Positions 1 to 13,700 of a DNA stretch of 64,000 nucleotides are shown piece by piece. How positions within the stretch are numbered: position 1 is the first letter of the stretch; every line of letters starts with the position of its first letter. The stretch comes from Eledone cirrhosa. Taxonomy: Eukaryota. The stretch is taken from contig OZ024741.1 in the NCBI GenBank assembly GCA_964016885.1, positions 49,104,001-49,168,000 on the forward strand. Direction: 5' to 3'. The position numbers were made by a program, and so were the translations under genes. A model generated the notes under the pieces. It searched no databases, was not told the origin of the DNA, and was given only the letters and a program-made list of their open reading frames with translations.

Positions 1-3000
1 TACTGTACCAGTAGTAACTAGTCTATATTAGATCTACGACTGTGATAATGAGGAGTTACTATACCAATAGTAACTAGTCTATACTAGATCTATTACTGTG
101 ATAATGAAGAGTTACTATACCAGTAGTAACTAGTCTATACTAGATCTATTACTGTGATAATGGGGAGTTACTATACCAGTAGTAACTAGTCTATACTAGA
201 TCTATTACTGTGATAATGTGGAGTTACTATACCAGTAGTAACTAGTCTATTCTAGATCTATTACTGTGATAATGGGGTGTTACTATACCAGTAGAAACTA
301 GTCTATACTGGATCTATTACTGTGATAATGGGGAGTTACTATACCAGTAGTAACTAGTCTATACTAGATCTGTTACTGTGATAATGTGGAGTTACTATAC
401 CAGTAGTAACTAGTCTATACTAGATCTATTACTTTGATAATGGGTAGTTACTATACCAGTAGTAACTAGTCTATACTAGATCTATTACTGTGAGAATGGG
501 GTGTTACTATACCAGTAGAAACTAGTCCATACTAGATCTATTACTGTGATAGTGGGGAGTTACTATACCAGTAGAAACTAGTCTATAATAGATCTATTAC
601 TGTGATAATGGGGAGTTATTATACCAGTAGTAACTAGTCTATACTAGATCTATTACTGTGATAATGGGGAGTTACTATACCAGTAGAAACTAGTCTATAC
701 TAGATCTATTACTGTGATAATGTGGAGTTACACTACCAGTAGTAACTAGTCTATACTAGATCTACTTCTGTGATACTGTGGAGTTACTGTACCAGTAGTA
801 ACTAGTCTATACTAGATCTACAACTGGGATAATGTGGAGTTACTATACCAGTAGTAACTAGTCTATTCTAGATCTATTACTGTGATAATGGGGAGTTACT
901 ATACCAGTAGAAACTTGTCTATAATAGATCTATTACTGTGTTAATATTGAGTTACACTACCAGTAGTAACTAGTCTATACTAGATCTATTTCTGTGATAA
1001 TGAGGAGTTACTATACCAGTAGTAACTAGTCTATACTAGATCTATTACTGTGATAATGTGGAGTTACTATACCAGTAGTAACTAGTCTATACTAGATCTA
1101 TTACTGTGATAATGAGGAGTAACTATACCTGTAGTAACTAGTCTATACTAGATCTATTACTGTGATAATGTGGAGTTACTGTACCAGTAGTAACTAGTCT
1201 ATATTAGATCTACGACTGTGATAATGAGGAGTTACTATACCAATAGTAACTAGTCTATACTAGATCTATTACTGTGATAATGAAGAGTTACTATACCAGT
1301 AGTAACTAGTCTATAATAGATCTATTACTGTGATAATGGGGAGTTATTATACCAGTAGTAACTAGTCTATACTAGACCTATTACTGTGATAATATGGAGT
1401 TAGACTACCATTAGTAACTAGTCTATACTAGATCTATTACTGTGATAACGTGGAGTTACTATACCAGTAGAAACTAGTCTATACTAGATCTATTACTGTG
1501 ATAATGGGGAGTTACTATACCAGTAGAAACTAGTCTATAATAGATCTATTACTGTGATAATGGGGAGTTATTATACCAGTAGTAACTAGTCTATACTAGA
1601 CCTATTACTGTGATAATATGGAGTTAGACTACCATTAGTAACTAGTCTATACTAGATCTATTACTGTGATAACGTGGAGTTACTATACCAGTAGAAACTA
1701 GTCTATACTAGATCTATTACTGTGATAATGTGGAGTTACTATACCAATAGAAACTAGTTTATACTAGATCTATTACTGTGATAATGTGGAGTTACTATAC
1801 CGGTAGAAACTAGTCTATACTAGATCTATTACTGTGATAATGTGGAGTTACTATACCAGTAGAAACTAGTTTACACTAGATCTATTACTGTGATAATGTG
1901 GACTTACTATACCAGTAGTAACTAGTCTAAACTAGATCTATTACTGTGATAATGTCGAGTTACTATACCAGTAGAAACTAGTCTATACTAGATCTATTAC
2001 TGTGTTAATGTGGATTTACTATACCAGTAGTAACTAGTCTATAGTAGATCTATTACTGTGATAATGAAGAGTTACACTACCATTAGTTACTAGTCTATAC
2101 TAGATCTATTATTGTGATAATTTGGAGTTACTATACCAGTAGAAACTAGTCTATACTAGATCTATTACTGTGATAATGGGGAGTTGCTATACCAGTAGTA
2201 ACTAGGCTATACTAGATCTATTACTGTGATAATGAGGAGTTACACTACCAGTAGTAACTAGTCTATACTAGATCTATTACTGTGATAATGTGGAGTTACT
2301 ATACAAGTAGTAACTAGTCTATAATAGATCTATTACTGTGATAATGTGGAGTTACTATACCAGTAGTAACTAGTCTATACTAGATCTATTACTGTGATAA
2401 TGTGGAGTTACTGTACCAGTAGTAACTAGTCTATACTAGATCTACAACTGGGATAATGTGGAGTTACTATACCAGTAGTAACTAGTCTATACTAGATCTA
2501 TTACTGTGATAATGGGGTGTTACTATACCAGTAGTAACTAGTCTATACTAGGTCTATTTCTGTGATAATGAAGAGTTACTATACCAGTAGTAACTAGTTT
2601 ATACTAGATCTATTACTGTGATAATGTGGAGTTACTATACCAGTAGTAACTAGTCTATACTAGATCTATTACCGTGATAATGAAGAGTTAATATACCAGT
2701 AGTAACTAGTCTATACTAGATCTATTACTGTGATAATGTGGAGCTACTGTACCAGTAGTAACTAGTCTATACTAGATCTATTACTGTGATAATGTGGAGT
2801 TACTATACCAGTAGAAACTAGTCTATACTAGATCTACTTCTGTGATACTGTGGAGTTACTGTACCAGTAGTAACTAGTCTATACTAGATCTACAACTGGG
2901 ATAATGTGGAGTTACTATACCAGTAGTAACTAGTCTATTCTAGATCTATTACTGTGATAATGGGGAGTTACTATATCAGTAGAAACTTGTCTATAATAGA

Positions 3001-6000
3001 TCTATTACTGTGTTAATATTGAGTTACACTACCAGTAGTAACTAGTCTATACTAGATCTATTTCTGTGATAATGAGGAGTTACTATACCAGTAGTAACTA
3101 GTCTATACTAGATCTATTACTGTGATAATGTGGAGTTACTATACCAGTAGTAACTAGTCTATACTAGATCTATTACTGTGATAATGAGGAGTAACTATAC
3201 CAGTAGTAACTAGTCTATACTAGATCTATTACTGTGATAATGTGGAGTTACTGTACCAGTAGTAACTAGTCTATATTAGATCTACGACTGTGATAATGAG
3301 GAGTTACTATACCAATAGTAACTAGTCTATACTAGATCTATTACTGTGATAATGAAGAGTTACTATACCAGTAGTAACTAGTCTATACTAGATCTATTAC
3401 TGTGATAATGTGGAGTTACTATACCTGTAGTAACTAGTCTATACTAGATCTATTACTGTGATAATGTGGAGTTACTGTACCAATAGTAACTAGTCTATAC
3501 TAGATCTATTACTGTGATAATGGGGAGTTACTATACCAGTAGTAACTAGTCTATACTAGATCTATTACTGTGATAATGTGGAGTTACTATACCAGTAGTA
3601 ACTAGTCTATTCTAGATCTATTACTGTGATAATGGGGTGTTACTATACCAGTAGAAACTAGTCTATACTGGATCTATTACTGTGATAATGGGGAGTTACT
3701 ATACCAGTAGTAACTAGTCTATACTAGATCTGTTACTGTGATAATGTGGAGTTACTATACTAGTAGTAACTAGTCTATACTAGATCTATTACTTTGATAA
3801 TGGGTAGTTACTATACCAGTAGTAACTAGTCTATACTAGATCTATTACTCTGAGAATGGGGTGTTACTATACCAGTAGAAACTAGTCCATACTAGATCTA
3901 TTACTGTGATAGTGGGGAGTTACTATACCAGTAGAAACTAGTCTATAATAGATCTATTACTGTGATAATGGGGAGTTATTATACCAGTAGTAACTAGTCT
4001 ATACTAGATCTATTACTGTGATAATGGGGAGTTACTATACCAGTAGAAACTAGTCTATACTAGATCTATTACTGTGATAATGTGGAGTTACACTACCAGT
4101 AGTAACTAGTCTATACTAGATCTATTACTGTGATAATGTGGAGTTACTATACCAGTAGAAACTAGTTTACACTAGATCTATTACTGTGATAATGTGGAGT
4201 TACTATACCAGTAGTAACTAGTCTAAACTAGATCTATTACTGTGATAATGTCGAGTTACTATACCAGTAGAAACTAGTCTATACTAGATCTATTACTGTG
4301 ATAATGGGGAGTTACTATACCATTAGAAACTAATCTATACTGGATCTATTACTGTGATAATGTGGAGTTACTATACCAGTAGTAACTAGTCTATACTAGA
4401 TCTATTACTGTGATAAAGGGGAGTTACTATACCAGTAGTAACTAGTCTATACTAGATCTATTACTGCGATAATGTGGAGTTACTATACCAGTAGAAACTA
4501 GTCTATACTAGATCTATTACTGCGATAATATGGAGTTACTATACCAGTAGTAACTAGTCTATACTAGATCTATTACTGTGATAATGTGGAGTTACTATAC
4601 CAGTAGAAACTAGTTTTAACTAGATCTGTTACTGTGATAATGTGGAGTTACTATACCAGTAGTAACTAGTCTAAACTAGATCTATTACTGTGATAATGTC
4701 GAGTTACTATACCAGTAGAAACTAGTCTATACTAGATCTATTACTGTGATAATGTGGAGTTACTATACCAGTAGTAACTAGTCTATACTAGATCTATTAC
4801 TGTGATAATGTGGAGTTACTGTACCAGTAGTAACTCGTCCATACTAGATATATTACTGTGATAATGGGGTGTTACTATACCAGTAGTAACTAGTCTATAC
4901 TAGATTTATTACTGTGATAATGTGGAGTTACTGTACCAGTAGTAACTAGTCTATACTAGATCTATTACTGTGATAATGAGGAGTTACTATACCAGTAGTA
5001 ACTAGTCTATACTAGATCTATTACTGTGATAATGAAGAGTTACTATACCAGTAGTAACTAGTCTATACTAGATCTATTACTGTGATAATGTGGAGTCACT
5101 ATACCAGTAGTAACTAGTCTATACTAGATCTATTACTGTGATAATGAAGAGTTACTATACCAGTAGTAACTAGTCTATACTAGATCTATTACTGTGATAA
5201 TGTGGAGTTACTATACCAGTAGTAACTAGTCTATACTAGATCTATTACTGTGATAATGTGGAGTTACTGTACCAATAGTAACTTGTCTATACTAGATCTA
5301 TTACTGTGATAATGGGGAGTTACTATACCAGTAGTAACTAGTCTATACTAGATCTATTACTGTGATAATGTGGAGTTACTATACCAGTAGTAACTAGTCT
5401 ATTCTAGATCTATTACTGTGATAATGGGGTGTTACTATACCAGTAGTAACTAGTCTATACTGGATCTATTACTGTGTTAATGGGGAGTTACTATACCAGT
5501 AGTAACTAGTCTATACTAGATCTATTGCTGTGATAATGTGGAGTTACTATACCAGTAGTAACTAGTCTATACTAGATCTATTACTTTGATAATGGGTAGT
5601 TACTATACCAGTAGTAACTAGTCTATACTAGATCTATTACTGTGATAATGTGGAGTTACTGTACCAGTAGTAACTAGTCTATACTAGATCTACAACTGGG
5701 ATAATGTGGAGTTACTATACCAGTAGTAACTAGTCTATACTAGATCTATTACTGTGATAATGGGGTGTTACTATACCAGTAGTAACTAGTCTATACTAGG
5801 TCTATTTCTGTGATAATGAAGAGTTACTATACCAGTAGTAACTAGTTTATATTAGATCTATTACTGTGATAATGTGGAGTTACTATACCAGTAGTAACTA
5901 GTCTATACTAGATCTATTACCGTGATAATGAAGAGTTACTATACCAGTAGTAACTAGTCTATACTAGATCTATTACTGTGATAATGTGGAGCTACTGTAC

Positions 6001-9000
6001 CAGTAGTAACTAGTCTATACTAGATCTACTTCTGTGATACTGTGGAGTTACTGTACCAGTAGAAACTAGTCTATACTAGATCTACAACTGGGATAATGTG
6101 GAGTTACTATACCAGTAGTAACTAGTCTATTCTAGATCTATTACTGTGATAATGGGGAGTTACTATATCAGTAGAAACTTGTCTATAATAGATCTATTAC
6201 TGTGTTAATATTGAGTTACACTACCAGTAGTAACTAGTCTATACTAGATCTATTTCTGTGATAATGAGGAGTTACTATACCAGTAGTAACTAGTCTATAC
6301 TAGATCTATTACTGTGATAATGTGGAGTTACTATACCAGTAGTAACTACTCTATACTAGATCTATTACTGTGATAATGAGGAGTAACTATACCAGTAGTA
6401 ACTAGTCTATACTAGATCTATTACTGTGATAATGTGGAGTTACTGTACCAGTAGTAACTAGTCTATATTAGATCTACGACTGTGATAATGAGGAGTTACT
6501 ATACCAATAGTAACTAGTCTATACTAGATCTATTACTGTGATAATGAAGAGTTACTATACCAGTAGTAACTAGTCTATACTAGATCTATTACTGTGATAA
6601 TGGGGAGTTACTATACCAGTAGTAACTAGTCTATACTAGATCTATTACTGTGATAATGTGGAGTTACTATACCAGTAGTAACTAGTCTATTCTAGATCTA
6701 TTACTGTGATAATGGGGTGTTACTATACCAGTAGAAACTAGTCTATACTGGATCTATTACTGTGATAATGGGGAGTTACTATACCAGTAGTAACTAGTCT
6801 ATACTAGATCTGTTACTGTGATAATGTGGAGTTACTATACCAGTAGTAACTAGTCTATACTAGATCTATTACTTTGATAATGGGTAGTTACTATACCAGT
6901 AGTAACTAGTCTATACTAGATCTATTACTGTGAGAATGGGGTGTTACTATACCAGTAGAAACTAGTCCATACTAGATCTATTACTGTGATAGTGGGGAGT
7001 TACTATACCAGTAGAAACTAGTCTATAATAGATCTATTACTGTGATAATGGGGAGTTATTATACCAGTAGTAACTAGTCTATACTAGATCTATTACTGTG
7101 ATAATGGGGAGTTACTATACCAGTAGAAACTAGTCTATACTAGATCTATTACTGTGATAATGTGGAGTTACACTACCAGTAGTAACTAGTCTATACTAGA
7201 TCTACTTCTGTGATACTGTGGAGTTACTGTACCAGTAGTAACTAGTCTATACTAGATCTACAACTGGGATAATGTGGAGTTACTATACCAGTAGTAACTA
7301 GTCTATTCTAGATCTATTACTGTGATAATGGGGAGTTACTATACCAGTAGAAACTTGTCTATAATAGATCTATTACTGTGTTAATATTGAGTTACACTAC
7401 CAGTAGTAACTAGTCTATACTAGATCTATTTCTGTGATAATGAGGAGTTACTATACCAGTAGTAACTAGTCTATACTAGATCTATTACTGTGATAATGTG
7501 GAGTTACTATACCAGTAGTAACTAGTCTATACTAGATCTATTACTGTGATAATGAGGAGTAACTATACCTGTAGTAACTAGTCTATACTAGATCTATTAC
7601 TGTGATAATGTGGAGTTACTGTACCAGTAGTAACTAGTCTATATTAGATCTACGACTGTGATAATGAGGAGTTACTATACCAATAGTAACTAGTCTATAC
7701 TAGATCTATTACTGTGATAATGAAGAGTTACTATACCAGTAGTAACTAGTCTATAATAGATCTATTACTGTGATAATGGGGAGTTATTATACCAGTAGTA
7801 ACTAGTCTATACTAGACCTATTACTGTGATAATATGGAGTTAGACTACCATTAGTAACTAGTCTATACTAGATCTATTACTGTGATAACGTGGAGTTACT
7901 ATACCAGTAGAAACTAGTCTATACTAGATCTATTACTGTGATAATGGGGAGTTACTATACCAGTAGAAACTAGTCTATAATAGATCTATTACTGTGATAA
8001 TGGGGAGTTATTATACCAGTAGTAACTAGTCTATACTAGACCTATTACTGTGATAATATGGAGTTAGACTACCATTAGTAACTAGTCTATACTAGATCTA
8101 TTACTGTGATAACGTGGAGTTACTATACCAGTAGAAACTAGTCTATACTAGATCTATTACTGTGATAATGTGGAGTTACTATACCAATAGAAACTAGTTT
8201 ATACTAGATCTATTACTGTGATAATGTGGAGTTACTATACCGGTAGAAACTAGTCTATACTAGATCTATTACTGTGATAATGTGGAGTTACTATACCAGT
8301 AGAAACTAGTTTACACTAGATCTATTACTGTGATAATGTGGACTTACTATACCAGTAGTAACTAGTCTAAACTAGATCTATTACTGTGATAATGTCGAGT
8401 TACTATACCAGTAGAAACTAGTCTATACTAGATCTATTACTGTGTTAATGTGGATTTACTATACCAGTAGTAACTAGTCTATAGTAGATCTATTACTGTG
8501 ATAATGAAGAGTTACACTACCATTAGTTACTAGTCTATACTAGATCTATTATTGTGATAATTTGGAGTTACTATACCAGTAGAAACTAGTCTATACTAGA
8601 TCTATTACTGTGATAATGGGGAGTTGCTATACCAGTAGTAACTAGGCTATACTAGATCTATTACTGTGATAATGAGGAGTTACACTACCAGTAGTAACTA
8701 GTCTATACTAGATCTATTACTGTGATAATGTGGAGTTACTATACAAGTAGTAACTAGTCTATAATAGATCTATTACTGTGATAATGTGGAGTTACTATAC
8801 CAGTAGTAACTAGTCTATACTAGATCTATTACTGTGATAATGTGGAGTTACTGTACCAGTAGTAACTAGTCTATACTAGATCTACAACTGGGATAATGTG
8901 GAGTTACTATACCAGTAGTAACTAGTCTATACTAGATCTATTACTGTGATAATGGGGTGTTACTATACCAGTAGTAACTAGTCTATACTAGGTCTATTTC

Positions 9001-10740
9001 TGTGATAATGAAGAGTTACTATACCAGTAGTAACTAGTTTATACTAGATCTATTACTGTGATAATGTGGAGTTACTATACCAGTAGTAACTAGTCTATAC
9101 TAGATCTATTACCGTGATAATGAAGAGTTAATATACCAGTAGTAACTAGTCTATACTAGATCTATTACTGTGATAATGTGGAGCTACTGTACCAATAGTA
9201 ACTAGTCTATACTAGATCTATTACTGTGATAATGTGGAGTTACTATACCAGTAGAAACTAGTCTATACTAGATCTACTTCTGTGATACTGTGGAGTTACT
9301 GTACCAGTAGTAACTAGTCTATACTAGATCTACAACTGGGATAATGTGGAGTTACTATACCAGTAGTAACTAGTCTATTCTAGATCTATTACTGTGATAA
9401 TGGGGAGTTACTATATCAGTAGAAACTTGTCTATAATAGATCTATTACTGTGTTAATATTGAGTTACACTACCAGTAGTAACTAGTCTATACTAGATCTA
9501 TTTCTGTGATAATGAGGAGTTACTATACCAGTAGTAACTAGTCTATACTAGATCTATTACTGTGATAATGTGGAGTTACTATACCAGTAGTAACTAGTCT
9601 ATACTAGATCTATTACTGTGATAATGAGGAGTAACTATACCAGTAGTAACTAGTCTATACTAGATCTATTACTGTGATAATGTGGAGTTACTGTACCAGT
9701 AGTAACTAGTCTATATTAGATCTACGACTGTGATAATGAGGAGTTACTATACCAATAGTAACTAGTCTATACTAGATCTATTACTGTGATAATGAAGAGT
9801 TACTATACCAGTAGTAACTAGTCTATACTAGATCTATTACTGTGATAATGTGGAGTTACTATACCTGTAGTAACTAGTCTATACTAGATCTATTACTGTG
9901 ATAATGTGGAGTTACTGTACCAATAGTAACTAGTCTATACTAGATCTATTACTGTGATAATGGGGAGTTACTATACCAGTAGTAACTAGTCTATACTAGA
10001 TCTATTACTGTGATAATGTGGAGTTACTATACCAGTAGTAACTAGTCTATTCTAGATCTATTACTGTGATAATGGGGTGTTACTATACCAGTAGAAACTA
10101 GTCTATACTGGATCTATTACTGTGATAATGGGGAGTTACTATACCAGTAGTAACTAGTCTATACTAGATCTGTTACTGTGATAATGTGGAGTTACTATAC
10201 TAGTAGTAACTAGTCTATACTAGATCTATTACTTTGATAATGGGTAGTTACTATACCAGTAGTAACTAGTCTATACTAGATCTATTACTCTGAGAATGGG
10301 GTGTTACTATACCAGTAGAAACTAGTCCATACTAGATCTATTACTGTGATAGTGGGGAGTTACTATACCAGTAGAAACTAGTCTATAATAGATCTATTAC
10401 TGTGATAATGGGGAGTTATTATACCAGTAGTAACTAGTCTATACTAGATCTATTACTGTGATAATGGGGAGTTACTATACCAGTAGAAACTAGTCTATAC
10501 TAGATCTATTACTGTGATAATGTGGAGTTACACTACCAGTAGTAACTAGTCTATACTAGATCTATTACTGTGATAATGTGGAGTTACTATACCAGTAGAA
10601 ACTAGTTTACACTAGATCTATTACTGTGATAATGTGGAGTTACTATACCAGTAGTAACTAGTCTAAACTAGATCTATTACTGTGATAATGTCGAGTTACT
10701 ATACCAGTAGAAACTAGTCTATACTAGATCTATTACTGTG
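1..10740. repeat. Segmental duplication inside the array: 1-4300 repeated at 6441-10740 (offset 6,440 = 115 monomers)
   Basis: The same variant order starts at 1 and 6441 (TACTGTACC...TATTAGATCTACGAC). The match breaks at 4301 versus 10741. Confidence 0.9.
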
Positions 10741-13700
10741 TTAATGTGGATTTACTATACCAGTAGTAACTAGTCTATAGTAGATCTATTACTGTGATAA
10801 TGAAGAGTTACACTACCATTAGTTACTAGTCTATACTAGATCTATTATTGTGATAATTTGGAGTTACTATACCAGTAGAAACTAGTCTATACTAGATCTA
10901 TTACTGTGATAATGGGGAGTTGCTATACCAGTAGTAACTAGGCTATACTAGATCTATTACTGTGATAATGAGGAGTTACACTACCAGTAGTAACTAGTCT
11001 ATACTAGATCTATTACTGTGATAATGTGGAGTTACTATACAAGTAGTAACTAGTCTATAATAGATCTATTACTGTGATAATGTGGAGTTACTATACCAGT
11101 AGTAACTAGTCTATACTAGATCTATTACTGTGATAATGTGGAGTTACTGTACCAGTAGTAACTAGTCTATACTAGATCTACAACTGGGATAATGTGGAGT
11201 TACTATACCAGTAGTAACTAGTCTATACTAGATCTATTACTGTGATAATGGGGTGTTACTATACCAGTAGTAACTAGTCTATACTAGGTCTATTTCTGTG
11301 ATAATGAAGAGTTACTATACCAGTAGTAACTAGTTTATACTAGATCTATTACTGTGATAATGTGGAGTTACTATACCAGTAGTAACTAGTCTATACTAGA
11401 TCTATTACCGTGATAATGAAGAGTTAATATACCAGTAGTAACTAGTCTATACTAGATCTATTACTGTGATAATGTGGAGCTACTGTACCAGTAGTAACTA
11501 GTCTATACTAGATCTATTACTGTGATAATGTGCAGTTACTATACCAGTAGAAACTAGTCTATACTAGATCTACTTCTGTGATACTGTGGAGTTACTGTAC
11601 CAGTAGTAACTAGTCTATACTAGATCTACAACTGGGATAATGTGGAGTTACTATACCAGTAGTAACTAGTCTATTCTAGATCTATTACTGTGATAATGGG
11701 GAGTTACTACATCAGTAGAAACTTGTCTATAATAGATCTATTACTGTGTTAATATTGAGTTACACTACCAGTAGTAACTAGTCTATACTAGATCTATTTC
11801 TGTGATAATGAGGAGTTACTATACCAGTAGTAACTAGTCTATACTAGATCTATTACTGTGATAATGTGGAGTTACTATACCAGTAGTAACTAGTCTATAC
11901 TAGATCTATTACTGTGATAATGAGGAGTAACTATACCAGTAGTAACTAGTCTATACTAGATCTATTACTGTGATAATGTGGAGTTACTGTACCAGTAGTA
12001 ACTAGTCTATATTAGATCTACGACTGTGATAATGAGGAGTTACTATACCAATAGTAACTAGTCTATACTAGATCTATTACTGTGATAATGAAGAGTTACT
12101 ATACCAGTAGTAACTAGTCTATACTAGATCTATTACTGTGATAATGTGGAGTTACTATACCTGTAGTAACTAGTCTATACTAGATCTATTACTGTGATAA
12201 TGTGGAGTTACTGTACCAATAGTAACTAGTCTATACTAGATCTATTACTGTGATAATGGGGAGTTACTATACCAGTAGTAACTAGTCTATACTAGATCTA
12301 TTACTGTGATAATGTGGAGTTACTATACCAGTAGTAACTAGTCTATTCTAGATCTATTACTGTGATAATGGGGTGTTACTATACCAGTAGAAACTAGTCT
12401 ATACTGGATCTATTACTGTGATAATGGGGAGTTACTATACCAGTAGTAACTAGTCTATACTAGATCTGTTACTGTGATAATGTGGAGTTACTATACTAGT
12501 AGTAACTAGTCTATACTAGATCTATTACTTTGATAATGGGTAGTTACTATACCAGTAGTAACTAGTCTATACTAGATCTATTACTCTGAGAATGGGGTGT
12601 TACTATACCAGTAGAAACTAGTCCATACTAGATCTATTACTGTGATAGTGGGGAGTTACTATACCAGTAGAAACTAGTCTATAATAGATCTATTACTGTG
12701 ATAATGGGGAGTTATTATACCAGTAGTAACTAGTCTATACTAGATCTATTACTGTGATAATGGGGAGTTACTATACCAGTAGAAACTAGTCTATACTAGA
12801 TCTATTACTGTGATAATGTGGAGTTACACTACCAGTAGTAACTAGTCTATACTAGATCTATTACTGTGATAATGTGGAGTTACTATACCAGTAGAAACTA
12901 GTTTACACTAGATCTATTACTGTGATAATGTGGAGTTACTATACCAGTAGTAACTAGTCTAAACTAGATCTATTACTGTGATAATGTCGAGTTACTATAC
13001 CAGTAGAAACTAGTCTATACTAGATCTATTACTGTGTTAATGTGGATTTACTATACCAGTAGTAACTAGTCTATAGTAGATCTATTACTGTGATAATGAA
13101 GAGTTACACTACCATTAGTTACTAGTCTATACTAGATCTATTATTATGATAATTTGGAGTTACTATACCAGTAGAAACTAGTCTATACTAGATCTATTAC
13201 TGTGATAATGGGGAGTTGCTATACCAGTAGTAACTAGGCTATACTAGATCTATTACTGTGATAATGAGGAGTTACACTACCAGTAGTAACTAGTCTATAC
13301 TAGATCTATTACTGTGATAATGTGGAGTTACTATACAAGTAGTAACTAGTCTATAATAGATCTATTACTGTGATAATGTGGAGTTACTATACCAGTAGTA
13401 ACTAGTCTATACTAGATCTATTACTGTGATAATGTGGAGTTACTGTACCAGTAGTAACTAGTCTATACTAGATCTACAACTGGGATAATGTGGAGTTACT
13501 ATACCAGTAGTAACTAGTCTATACTAGATCTATTACTGTGATAATGGGGTGTTACTATACCAGTAGTAACTAGTCTATACTAGGTCTATTTCTGTGATAA
13601 TGAAGAGTTACTATACCAGTAGTAACTAGTTTATACTAGATCTATTACTGTGATAATGTGGAGTTACTATACCAGTAGTAACTAGTCTATACTAGATCTA

